This document shows positions 8,221 to 17,435 of a stretch of 64,000 nt of DNA, in pieces; the stretch's first letter is position 1; every line of letters begins with the position of its first letter. Below the pieces are notes generated by a model. The model was not told the origin of the DNA. It saw only the letters and a program-made list of their open reading frames with translations, and did no database searches. The DNA is taken from positions 1,611,514 through 1,675,513 of the forward strand of contig CBDCWA010000004.1 in the NCBI GenBank assembly GCA_965223255.1, in the 5' to 3' direction. A program made the position numbers and the translations under genes. Source of the stretch: Hyphomicrobiaceae bacterium. Lineage in GTDB: Bacteria > Pseudomonadota > Alphaproteobacteria > Rhizobiales > Hyphomicrobiaceae.

Positions 8221-9046
8221 GAACACTGGGATGCAACAAATAGCACAGCCATTCACAAATCATGCGTGGCGACCAATGGGCGTCACTGCAATCAAATCCT
8301 TGATTCCAGAAGCGTCGCTCATAGCATCTCTATTGTGGGCAAGTCTGTTCATGATCGGCGTCGCCGACGCGCGCGCTGAAGGCGATATTGAGCAGGGCAA
8401 GAGAGTATTCAGGCTCTGCATCGCCTGCCATAAGATTGGGCCAGGGGCGAGAAACCTGAGCGGGCCAAAACTCAATGGCATTGTTGGCCGAAAGGCCGGC
8501 ACCGTTGAGGGGTTCAAGTATTCTCCCGCCAACAAGAAGGCTGGCGAACAGGGATGGATTTGGACCGAACAGGCATTGGATAAATATTTGGAGAACCCGC
8601 GCAAGGCGATGCCTGGCAATCGGATGGTGTTCATCGGGATAAAAAGCGCGAAGGATAGAAAGAATCTCATCGCTTATCTCAAGTCATTCAAGTCAAGTCA
8701 GCACCGCGGGACGACCAAGACCATGGACGCCGCATCAGCACCGGTCCAGCCGGGGGCTAAAACAAAGCGTTCGGCGAAGGCCGAGCGCGGGGGCAAATCC
8801 CAACCCAAACGGACGACGTCAGTCATATGGGTCGGTGGATCAACCCCGTCCAAACGGCCACCCGCCGCACCGCGCCTGAGAAGCTTCGAGAAGACGCCTG
8901 CCTGGTACCGCCGTGCTCTGGCAGGCCTGTCGAAGCCCTATCCGCCGAGCTTCCGGTTCCTCGAGGATCAAGGTGCTTGGTACACACCATTCAATAGCTC
9001 GGGCATGACAAGCCCTTACGATCTGCGCGCTTGGCATAAAAGTTAG
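8213..9046 (+). CDS. class I c-type cytochrome (c2-like) with N-terminal signal/anchor and the same C-terminal module
   Basis: An ATGAATAA overlap links it to the previous gene. It has a CIACH haem motif and a PGNRMVF distal Met region, typical of c2/c550 cytochromes. Its C-terminus is paralogous to 8002..8217. Confidence 0.8.
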   Translation: MNKNTGMQQIAQPFTNHAWRPMGVTAIKSLIPEASLIASLLWASLFMIGVADARAEGDIEQGKRVFRLCIACHKIGPGARNLSGPKLNGIVGRKAGTVEGFKYSPANKKAGEQGWIWTEQALDKYLENPRKAMPGNRMVFIGIKSAKDRKNLIAYLKSFKSSQHRGTTKTMDAASAPVQPGAKTKRSAKAERGGKSQPKRTTSVIWVGGSTPSKRPPAAPRLRSFEKTPAWYRRALAGLSKPYPPSFRFLEDQGAWYTPFNSSGMTSPYDLRAWHKS

Positions 9047-9116
9047 CTTCGCGCAGTGGGTGCCGACGGAGCCCCGGCGCGGTGTGAGAAACAGCATAAG
9101 AATATGAGATAAGAAG

Positions 9117-9977
9117 ATGATGCACAGAACGCTAACCTTGGCAGTGAGTTGCCTGTCCGTCGTTCTTGTCACAGGCAGCATTTATTCGTTTGCATGGTCA
9201 GAGAGTGGCACACGCAAGGGCGATTATGCTGCTGCGGTATGGAACAAACTTCATTTCTCACCAGCCATTGATCGCGCAAGAGATGAGCAGTGCCTTTCAT
9301 GCCATAGCGAGATCCTCAAGCAAAAAGTGCGCACCAAGTCTCCCGCCGGGATAAAGGCGAAAGATTCAATTGCTTGGTATCAGGCAATGGATACGTACAC
9401 AGGAGATCAAGAAACGTTTCATTGGCGGCATATTTCTTCGCCTTTTGCAAAGGCTGTCATGAAGCTGTCGTGCAATTTCTGTCACCGTGGACACGATCCG
9501 CGTGAAGAGGCGCCAGGCTCGAGTGCAACCGCACCGCAAATTGGCAAAGCGACTGGGTTTGCCTTGCGCAAGACGGTTGATCCTTCGCAAACGTGCCTCA
9601 AGTGCCATGGCAGCTTTCCCTATAAGATCATGCAATTGCCGGGACCTTGGCACGAAGTGCGACCGTTAATGGAGTCACCGGAAATAAAAAACGGCTGCCT
9701 AGGCGCTTGTCACAAGGTAGCATTCCGCACCAATCGCCATAACGTGACCTATCTCAATCGCGACAAGATAGAGGAATTGTCCAAGGACAACTCGGACACG
9801 TGCTTTGGCTGTCATGGCGGAAGGGCATGGTACCGGAATTCCTACCCTTATCCGCGAAATCCCTGGCCCGGCATGGACAAAGAGATTCCAAAGTGGGCCA
9901 AGGATAGGCCCACCCAATCCGAAGCGCGCTTTCGCATTGGCGACAAACAAGGCGCCGCGGCTGGCAAGACGAAATAG
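9117..9977 (+). CDS. multihaem c-type cytochrome (4 CxxCH + 1 CxxxCH)
   Basis: The motifs are CLSCH, CNFCH, CLKCH, CFGCH and the variant CLGACH. The N-terminal hydrophobic segment could be a signal peptide or an anchor. A NapC/TorC-like quinol-dehydrogenase role is only a guess. Confidence 0.8.
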   Translation: MMHRTLTLAVSCLSVVLVTGSIYSFAWSESGTRKGDYAAAVWNKLHFSPAIDRARDEQCLSCHSEILKQKVRTKSPAGIKAKDSIAWYQAMDTYTGDQETFHWRHISSPFAKAVMKLSCNFCHRGHDPREEAPGSSATAPQIGKATGFALRKTVDPSQTCLKCHGSFPYKIMQLPGPWHEVRPLMESPEIKNGCLGACHKVAFRTNRHNVTYLNRDKIEELSKDNSDTCFGCHGGRAWYRNSYPYPRNPWPGMDKEIPKWAKDRPTQSEARFRIGDKQGAAAGKTK

Positions 9978-10012
9978 CGGGCACGGCAGCAAAGTGTTGG
10001 AGGCAAAACCAT

Positions 10013-12547
10013 ATGAGTGTGAAGATTGACGTCCTCAGATCAGCTTTAAACCTGACGCGCCGCCGTTTCGTGCAACTGTCGGCGGCAAGTGCAGCCGCCG
10101 GTGCGGCAGGGCTTAAGCCGGAGCAGGCACAGGCGTTCGCCTATGAACCATATCCGACTGACGACGAGCTGACGACGATAGTAACAAGCTGCGCGCATAA
10201 TTGCGGATCGCGTCACGCACTCGTTGCACACAAGAAAGGTGATGTAATTGTCAGGCTGTCATCGGATGACGGACGCTATCAGAAGGATGGAGAATACGGC
10301 AAGGATACAGAGGACGAGCCGCAGGTGCGCGCCTGTCTGCGCGGACGGTCGTATCGTTCGCGGCTCTACTCGGCAGAGCGCCTGCTCCATCCCATGATTC
10401 GGGTCGGAGCGCGCGGTGAAGGGAAATTCAAACGCGCCTCCTGGGATACGGCGTTGGACTACATTGCCGAGCGCATAGTGAACATTAAGAATACCTATGG
10501 GCCAACTGCAATCCTGGACCAAAGCTATGCCGGCGCCTCATGGGGCGTCTTGCATCGCTCGGATCAGATCGAGGGGCTATTAGGGCGCTTTCTCGGCATT
10601 TTCGGTTGCCGCACGACGTCCTGGTCCGTGCCTTCGTATCAGGGAACGACTTTTTCGTCAGAAACGACCTTTGGCACGATTGAGGATGGAAATGAGGATG
10701 ATACGTTTGCCCACTCCAAGCTGATGATCATGTGGGGCTGGAATCCGGCCTACACATTTCATGGCGGCAATACATTCTACTATATGCGACTTGCAAAGCA
10801 GCGCGGATGCAAATTTGTCTTGGTGGACCCGCAATACACAGATTCAGCGGCCTCCTATGATGCCTGGTGGATTCCAATTCGGCCTAATACGGATGCGGCA
10901 ATGCTCGCGGCAATGGCCCACTATATCTTTGTCAACAAACTTCAAGATCAGAGCTTCATCAATCGCTTCTGCCTTGGCATGGACGCGGGCACAATGCCGG
11001 CATTCGCCACCGACCAGGAAAATTTCAGAGACTACATTCTTGGCAGGTATGACGGTCAACCTAAGTCTCCGGAATGGGCGCAAGAGATCTGTGGTGTAAA
11101 GGCCGATGACATCAAGAAGCTCGCGCGGATGTATGCGACGACAAAGCCAGCGGCATTGAAAGCAAGCTGGGCGCCAGGGCGATGCGCATACGGCGAACAG
11201 TATAGCAGGATGGCCGCGGCCCTTCAGGCAATGACCGGAAACATCGGTGTCTTGGGCGGCAGTGCTGAAGGCGTCGGCAAGGCCTGGAAAGCACAGGCTG
11301 CTGCGGGACCGGTAGATCAATACGCCAACATACATGCCGCTGCGATCAAGTCAGATAGATGGGCCGACTGCGTCCTTAATTACCCAAATGTGCGCCGCGA
11401 AGATGTCGGCTTGTGGCCGAAGTCGGGCGCCATGGATGGGGTAATACCGAATATTCGAGCGATTTGGTGGCAAGCGTCCGACTGGTTTAACCAGCTCCCC
11501 AACATCAACAAACAAATAGAAGCGATCCAAAAGCTTGATCTCGTCGTCTGCCAAGATTCGACCATTACGCCATCTGGGATATGGGCCGATGTGCTTCTGC
11601 CGGTTGCTACCCACTTCGAGCGCCACGATGTGGCCCTGCCTTGGTACAAGGGCCACTACTATATTCATAGGCCGAAGGTGATCGAGCCGCTTGGAGAAAG
11701 CAAGACCGACTGGCAGATTTTCACCGAGCTCGCGTTCCGACTCGGATTTGGCAAGACCATGAATCCACTTGCCTCCCGCGACTATTTCCACAACGATGAT
11801 GCGACCGACGAGGCGTATCTCAGGGATTGGTGGGAAAAGCGCGTCATGGGGTATCAAGGAGTTACGATGCCCTGGGATGAGTTCAAGAAACGCGGCATCT
11901 ACAAATTCCGACTGGACAAGCCCCATGTTGCCTTTCGCGAGCAGATTGAGGAGGGCAAACCATTCAAGACCACCTCCGGCAAGATCGAGATATTCTCTAT
12001 CAAACTATCGAACATTAAGGACTTTCGCCAAACGCAGTTTGGTTATCCTATCCCCGCAATCCCAAAATGGATTGAGCCATGGGAAGGCAGGCGCGATCCA
12101 AAGGTGCGCCAATATCCATTCCAGATGATCACGCCACACCCACGTTGGCGAACGCACTCAATATTCAACAACATCGGGTGGCTTCGGGAGACCTATGAGC
12201 AGGAAGTGACAATCAATGCGGACGATGCCGAGAAGCTCGGCATTAAGACAGGGGACAACGTCTACATCTGGAATGAGCGAGGCGCGACGGTGACACCAGC
12301 CTATGTGACACAACGACTGATGCCGGGCGTCGTTGTGCTTTACGAAGGCGCTTGGATGGATCGGGACACAAAGGGTATCGACCGGTCCGGCAATCCGGAT
12401 TTCCTGACCCTGGATGCGCCCAGCCCTGCAGGGGCATTTGCATACAATACGCTGTTGGTAAACATGCAGAAGACCGATCTGCCGCATCGACCCGGCTGGG
12501 ACAAGCTCGCAACGGCACGCAGCCACGTCTTCCGGCGTGACAATTGA
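10013..12547 (+). CDS. Tat-exported molybdopterin oxidoreductase catalytic subunit, DMSO reductase family (DmsA-like)
   Basis: GGAGG RBS. The twin-arginine motif is TRRRFVQLSAASAAAGA. The N-terminal FS0-type motif is C-AHN-C-GSR-H ... QVRACLRGRS. As far as I recall E. coli DmsA, the protein is collinear with it (e.g. RVGARGEGKFKRASW). Length is 844 aa. Confidence 0.85.
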   Translation: MSVKIDVLRSALNLTRRRFVQLSAASAAAGAAGLKPEQAQAFAYEPYPTDDELTTIVTSCAHNCGSRHALVAHKKGDVIVRLSSDDGRYQKDGEYGKDTEDEPQVRACLRGRSYRSRLYSAERLLHPMIRVGARGEGKFKRASWDTALDYIAERIVNIKNTYGPTAILDQSYAGASWGVLHRSDQIEGLLGRFLGIFGCRTTSWSVPSYQGTTFSSETTFGTIEDGNEDDTFAHSKLMIMWGWNPAYTFHGGNTFYYMRLAKQRGCKFVLVDPQYTDSAASYDAWWIPIRPNTDAAMLAAMAHYIFVNKLQDQSFINRFCLGMDAGTMPAFATDQENFRDYILGRYDGQPKSPEWAQEICGVKADDIKKLARMYATTKPAALKASWAPGRCAYGEQYSRMAAALQAMTGNIGVLGGSAEGVGKAWKAQAAAGPVDQYANIHAAAIKSDRWADCVLNYPNVRREDVGLWPKSGAMDGVIPNIRAIWWQASDWFNQLPNINKQIEAIQKLDLVVCQDSTITPSGIWADVLLPVATHFERHDVALPWYKGHYYIHRPKVIEPLGESKTDWQIFTELAFRLGFGKTMNPLASRDYFHNDDATDEAYLRDWWEKRVMGYQGVTMPWDEFKKRGIYKFRLDKPHVAFREQIEEGKPFKTTSGKIEIFSIKLSNIKDFRQTQFGYPIPAIPKWIEPWEGRRDPKVRQYPFQMITPHPRWRTHSIFNNIGWLRETYEQEVTINADDAEKLGIKTGDNVYIWNERGATVTPAYVTQRLMPGVVVLYEGAWMDRDTKGIDRSGNPDFLTLDAPSPAGAFAYNTLLVNMQKTDLPHRPGWDKLATARSHVFRRDN

Positions 12548-13233
12548 TGATTGGGGACACAGATATGGCAAAGGCGCCGATTGACAAGAAGAAGATAAAG
12601 AACGCGGTAAAACGCAAGAAACAAGACGTTTACAAGCCAGTGGTTCCCCACCAACAGCTCGGGTTTATCCATAACAATGTCGATTGTATCGGGTGCAGGG
12701 CTTGCGAGATTGCTTGTAAGGATAAGAATGGGTTAGCACCCGGACCAAGATTCCGCAGAGTACAATATATCGAGGGTGGCACATATCCCGAGGTGTTTGC
12801 ATACAAGGTAAATATGTCGTGCAATCACTGCGCTGAACCTGCCTGCCTTCCCGCCTGTCCCACCGGCGCGATCTACAAACGGAAAAAGGATGGTATTGTC
12901 GACATTGACTCGACGTTGTGCATCGGATGCCGGCGCTGCGAGGCCACATGCCCCTACGGCGCACCGCAATACATCCCTGATCAAAATATCGTTTCTAAGT
13001 GTAATATGTGCGTGGATGAGATTGATGCCGGTCGTAAGCCCTATTGCGTGATGGCCTGCATGATGCGCGTGCTCGATATTGGTCCGATAGACAAATTGCG
13101 TGATGGGACTTGGGACACTAAAGCCAAGGCAAAGCAGGAGAAAGTTGTACGTCAGGTGCAGAATATGGCGGATCCGGAGCTAACCAATCCATCGATCGTA
13201 TTCGTCGCGCATAGCAAGGGCAAAGTGAAATAG
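12544..13233 (+). CDS. 4x[4Fe-4S] ferredoxin-type electron-transfer subunit (DmsB-like)
   Basis: Four Cys clusters are present (CIGCRACEIAC, CNHCAEPACLPACP, CIGCRRCEATCP, CNMCVDE...CVMAC). The start overlaps the stop of the A subunit (TTG 12544 / ATG 12547). ATG 12565 with a GGGGA RBS is an alternative start. Confidence 0.85.
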   Translation: MMIGDTDMAKAPIDKKKIKNAVKRKKQDVYKPVVPHQQLGFIHNNVDCIGCRACEIACKDKNGLAPGPRFRRVQYIEGGTYPEVFAYKVNMSCNHCAEPACLPACPTGAIYKRKKDGIVDIDSTLCIGCRRCEATCPYGAPQYIPDQNIVSKCNMCVDEIDAGRKPYCVMACMMRVLDIGPIDKLRDGTWDTKAKAKQEKVVRQVQNMADPELTNPSIVFVAHSKGKVK

Positions 13234-13302
13234 GCGGTATGCTGCCGTGTTCGTGAACCACCCTGCGCCTTTTCCAATGCGCACTCACCTAGAGCGTTTC
13301 AA

Positions 13303-14130
13303 GTGCACAAACCTATCAGAGGTGCCCACCATGCTGGCCCTAGCCAGCATGCAGGGCGGGAGAATTCATTCGTGCAAGACCATGGACAAAGCGAAGCTGA
13401 ACTTCTTGCTGCTTTCAGAGAGTCGGTCGATGATGACCTGAAGTTGATTGCAGCACTGCACGATCGCGAGATCGATGCACCTGCGATCGCGCAGCTCAAA
13501 CAACTGAGGTTTCCCAGTGGCCTCGGTTTTAATCTGTCAAAGTCGGCAGCGAAACAAGCCCAACGACAAATGATCGATGCTCTTGCGGATCTGCCGGATG
13601 TACCCGATCAAGCGCTTCTCGATGAACTCGCCGTCGATTTTGCAGCAATCTATCTGACCTATCGCTACCGGGCCGCGCCAACGGAATCCGTGTGGCTCGA
13701 TAAGGACCATCTCGAGCGCCAGCAACCTATGTTTCAGACCCGAGCCGCCTACCGCCGAAGAGGTCTGAAGGTCGTCAACTGGAACGTGAGGTCTGAAGAT
13801 CACCTGGTCACTCAACTGCTTTTTGTGGCGCATTTGATTGGCGAATGTCGCGACGAAGTGGCGCTAGCGGATGCTGCAGCGTTCCTTGACCAGCACTTGC
13901 TCCGTTGGATTGACATCTTCGCCTTGAGTGTAGCGCAACGTTGCAGCGCTCGTTTTTATAGCGCCCTCGGCTCGCTGACAGCTGCCTATTTGGACGAGCT
14001 GCGCGATGTTCTCGCAGAGATCCTGGATGAACCGCGACCCCAAATCGTAACAGCCGATCAGATTCTGCAGCCACCCGACGAAGCCGAGCAGCACACTCCA
14101 ATCGCACCGGCCGTTGGTCCAAGCTGGTGA
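13303..14130 (+). CDS. TorD/DmsD-family redox enzyme maturation chaperone
   Basis: The EDHL-type motif (SEDHLVTQLLFVAHL) and helical layout are typical of the TorD family. It sits immediately after the A and B subunits. The GTG start is uncertain. Confidence 0.65.
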   Translation: MHKPIRGAHHAGPSQHAGRENSFVQDHGQSEAELLAAFRESVDDDLKLIAALHDREIDAPAIAQLKQLRFPSGLGFNLSKSAAKQAQRQMIDALADLPDVPDQALLDELAVDFAAIYLTYRYRAAPTESVWLDKDHLERQQPMFQTRAAYRRRGLKVVNWNVRSEDHLVTQLLFVAHLIGECRDEVALADAAAFLDQHLLRWIDIFALSVAQRCSARFYSALGSLTAAYLDELRDVLAEILDEPRPQIVTADQILQPPDEAEQHTPIAPAVGPSW

Positions 14131-14151
14131 TCAACCAGCGAATGGGTGCCG

Positions 14152-15534
14152 TTAGTCGCTGCGTTCACTAACGCTAAGTCCATGCTTCTTGAGCAACCTG
14201 TACGTGTTGCGCTCGCTTATTCCCAATACTTCAGCAATCCGCGAGCGATGTCCGCCGTATTTTACGACCAATCTAGCCAGGTAATCTCGCCGGATTTCCT
14301 CTAACGTTGGCTCGTGATCAAACATGAACGCCGCCGTTTCACAACGAGACGACTGAGCGCTGGGTGGAGCACTCAACCCCAGGTGCCGTGCTCGGATAGT
14401 AACGTCGTCGCCAGATACCAGGATTGCCCGCTCTATGACGTTTCTAAGCTCGCGAACATTGCCTGGCCATGAGTATGCGGTAAGCACCTCAATGGCATCC
14501 TTGCTCAATATCTTCTGCCGGGCGCGCTGAAAAGATCTGGTATCCAAAAACAGCTCTGACAGCACCGCGATGTCCTCGCGCCGCTGTCGCAGCGGTGGTA
14601 CACTGATCACAACTGTAGCCAAGCGATAGTAAAGGTCAGATCGAAATCGTCCCTCGTCGATGGATGCTATAAGGTCACGATTAGTTGCAGCGACGATGCG
14701 CGCGTCACTGATTATCTTCTGGGTGCCGCCGACGCGCCGAAATTCTCCGGTCTCAAGCACGCGCAGTAGTTTTGCCTGCATCGACGCAGGCAATTCGCCG
14801 ATTTCGTCAAGGAACAGTGTTCCGCCCTCGGCAATTTCGATCAAGCCCTGCTTGCGCCGGTCCGCTCCTGTAAATGCCCCTTTCTCGTGACCAAACAACT
14901 CCGATTCGAACAGCGTCTCTTGTAATGTCGTTGCATCCACAGGCACAAAGTTGGAATCCGCACGATCGCTCAGCTGGTGAATGGCTTTTGCTACAAGCTC
15001 CTTGCCGACGCCACTTTCGCCCTCGATTAGAACCGTTGAATCGCTTGGTGCGACCAACTCAATAAGATGTGCCATTTCCTCAAAAGCATTGCTCCGTCCA
15101 ACCATAATCTTCTTGATGTTGGGATTTAGTTGTTCTCGGCAATACTGGTAGCTGCGCCTCAAGGAGCTGTTTTCCAATGCTCGGCCAATAGCAAACTCCA
15201 GTTCGGACGGATTGATCGGTTTCGTCAGATAGTCAACCGCACCAGACCGGATAGCTTCGACTGCATGCCGAATGCTTCCGTACGCCGTCAGAACGAGCAC
15301 AGGGCATTGAGCTGAAAGTTCCGGCAAACACTGGATACCATCGATGTCGGGAAGTCTGATATCGAGGAGAGCAAGAGCGGGATCATGAGTCTCCAGCGTC
15401 ACCTTGGCTTCCTCCCATGAATAGACGCCAGTTGGCTGATAGCCCATCGCCCGCAGTTGTTCGATCAGAAAATGATTAAGTGCCTTGTCGTCCTCTATGA
15501 CAAGAAGATGCTTACCTTTCTTTCTTTGCGTCAT
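14152..15534 (-). CDS. sigma-54-dependent response regulator (NtrC family enhancer-binding protein)
   Basis: It has a receiver domain (LDIRLPDIDG), an AAA+ Walker A (GESGVGKE), the GAFTGA sigma-54 contact loop and a C-terminal Fis-type HTH. Confidence 0.9.
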   Translation of the reverse strand: MTQRKKGKHLLVIEDDKALNHFLIEQLRAMGYQPTGVYSWEEAKVTLETHDPALALLDIRLPDIDGIQCLPELSAQCPVLVLTAYGSIRHAVEAIRSGAVDYLTKPINPSELEFAIGRALENSSLRRSYQYCREQLNPNIKKIMVGRSNAFEEMAHLIELVAPSDSTVLIEGESGVGKELVAKAIHQLSDRADSNFVPVDATTLQETLFESELFGHEKGAFTGADRRKQGLIEIAEGGTLFLDEIGELPASMQAKLLRVLETGEFRRVGGTQKIISDARIVAATNRDLIASIDEGRFRSDLYYRLATVVISVPPLRQRREDIAVLSELFLDTRSFQRARQKILSKDAIEVLTAYSWPGNVRELRNVIERAILVSGDDVTIRARHLGLSAPPSAQSSRCETAAFMFDHEPTLEEIRRDYLARLVVKYGGHRSRIAEVLGISERNTYRLLKKHGLSVSERSD

Positions 15535-17435
15535 GATAGTTCTTTCGCTACTTCTGCAGAAGGCAATGTGACAACGAATCTAGTCCCCTCACCAACCACG
15601 CTCGTCACATCTAACCTGCCGCCGCTTCGTTTGACTATTTCTTGGCATATTGAAAGCCCAAGCCCTGTTCCGTGAACGCCGTCGGCACGTTTACTCCAGA
15701 AGGGATCGAATATTTTGGCGAGATCGCTCTTCTTGATCCCCACGCCAGTGTCCTCAAAGACCAGCTCGACCACATCTTCGCAGACTGAGCCCGAAACCAG
15801 CAGGCGCCCGCCATCAGGCATGGCATGCAGAGCGTTCTGTGCGATGTTTAGCACCATCATTCTCATCTCGCTGTCGGAGCCGATTGATCTGAGTTCACTC
15901 TCAAGATCCATCGATATGTCGACCTCTGACTTCAGTGCCTCAGCGTTGAGTAGGGAGAGAACCTCGAACACGACGTTGTTGAGATTTACAAGTTCGCGGT
16001 GCTCGCTTGCTGGTGCGCTAAGCTTCAAAAGACGCGACGTAACTTCTATGCAGCGCGTTATCTGATCTTCGATAATGTCAAGATACTTGCTTGCCTTCTC
16101 GTCCCGACCCTCCCGTAGAGCTCTTTTCGCTGAGTCGAAGCCCAAAAGTATGGACGCAAGAGGGTTGTGAATCTCGTGTGCAACACCCGCGGCCAGGAAG
16201 CCAATTTCCGACAGCCGCTGCTCTTGCGATAGCCGCACGTCCTTGCTCAGGTCTCTAATGACCTCCACAACGAATTTTTTTTGCGTGTCGTCAATAGTGA
16301 TTTCAAGCAGCGCTGCTGAGACCTCGACCGGGATTTCTTTCTCATCGGCGCTCACATGAGAATGCCGACAAGTCAAGACCTGCCCTCCTTTCTGCAGTTC
16401 ATGCAGCGGACAGCTGACCAAGCTCGCTGGGCAAGGCGATTCACGAGAATGGCTGGACCAATAGCAGGGTCGCTGTACCACCTCAGACCGCGCGCGATGC
16501 TGTTGTTCGCAGAATGCGCGGTTAGCCTTGACGACCTGATAGTTCATGTCGATCACGCGCACTCCATCGGGCATTATGTCGATCAGGTCCTGCAAATACC
16601 GCTCTCTGGTCTCTATATTGTGTACAGCTTGAGCGATACGAGCGGACATGTCGTTAAAGGCACGTCCAAGCCGCCCAATCTCATCGGAGCTTTTTAGCGG
16701 CACACGGTGACCCAGTTGGCCCAGCGACATCTTATCCGCTGCCTCGGTCAGTCCTTTCACAGGTGCGAGCACGAACCAGTTAAGCAGAAATCCGATGCCA
16801 CCAATGGTAGTCAGCACGACTGCTATTCCGGCACCACTCAGCATCAATACTGCAAACATTGTGTCGCGTCTGATGTTCGTTGCGTCATAGTCAACGACGA
16901 GAATTCCGTTTATTGGGTGGGTATCAATCTGGCCATGGCATTTAGTGCATGGGCCGCGGTTGCGGACCGGGTTTATGCTGCGCAGAATGTCACCAGCAAC
17001 GGCGTCCGCAACGAAGGCCGAACGGGGCCCGTGCCCTTTTATTGTTGCCTTGCAGTCTGGGCACAACTCACCTGCTTCGAGATCAAAACGTCGGCCAAGC
17101 TGTATCTTGTTGCTCGCAAATCTGACTTCACCATTCGGCGCAAGAATCATGACACCGGAAATATTCTCCTGTTCACCCAATCGTTCGACCATTTTCCTCA
17201 GGCCAACGATGTCACGATTGAGCATCGCATTCTCAAGCCCCAGCTGCAGCAGGCGGTTGACCTCCGTGGATGCTGCGCTGCGTTCCCTCAGGATTTGATC
17301 ACGATAGGAGAGAATGACCAACGCAAGGAAACAGATCGATGCAAACGTTAGGCTTGCGACAAGGATCAGGGTTATTTTCCGCCTTAGGCTTGCAGCAGAC
17401 CACCTGGCTAGGTCATTCCATAACTGTCCCATCAT
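15531..17435 (-). CDS. sensor histidine kinase: periplasmic Cys/haem-motif domain, HAMP, PAS, HisKA, HATPase
   Basis: Two TM helices flank a ~150-aa loop containing CPDCK and CTKCH. It also has a HAMP domain, a Cys-rich PAS-like domain, the H-box GVAHEIHNPL, and G-boxes DTGVGI and GTGLGLS. There are 4-nt overlaps with both neighbouring genes. Confidence 0.9.
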   Translation of the reverse strand: MMGQLWNDLARWSAASLRRKITLILVASLTFASICFLALVILSYRDQILRERSAASTEVNRLLQLGLENAMLNRDIVGLRKMVERLGEQENISGVMILAPNGEVRFASNKIQLGRRFDLEAGELCPDCKATIKGHGPRSAFVADAVAGDILRSINPVRNRGPCTKCHGQIDTHPINGILVVDYDATNIRRDTMFAVLMLSGAGIAVVLTTIGGIGFLLNWFVLAPVKGLTEAADKMSLGQLGHRVPLKSSDEIGRLGRAFNDMSARIAQAVHNIETRERYLQDLIDIMPDGVRVIDMNYQVVKANRAFCEQQHRARSEVVQRPCYWSSHSRESPCPASLVSCPLHELQKGGQVLTCRHSHVSADEKEIPVEVSAALLEITIDDTQKKFVVEVIRDLSKDVRLSQEQRLSEIGFLAAGVAHEIHNPLASILLGFDSAKRALREGRDEKASKYLDIIEDQITRCIEVTSRLLKLSAPASEHRELVNLNNVVFEVLSLLNAEALKSEVDISMDLESELRSIGSDSEMRMMVLNIAQNALHAMPDGGRLLVSGSVCEDVVELVFEDTGVGIKKSDLAKIFDPFWSKRADGVHGTGLGLSICQEIVKRSGGRLDVTSVVGEGTRFVVTLPSAEVAKELS

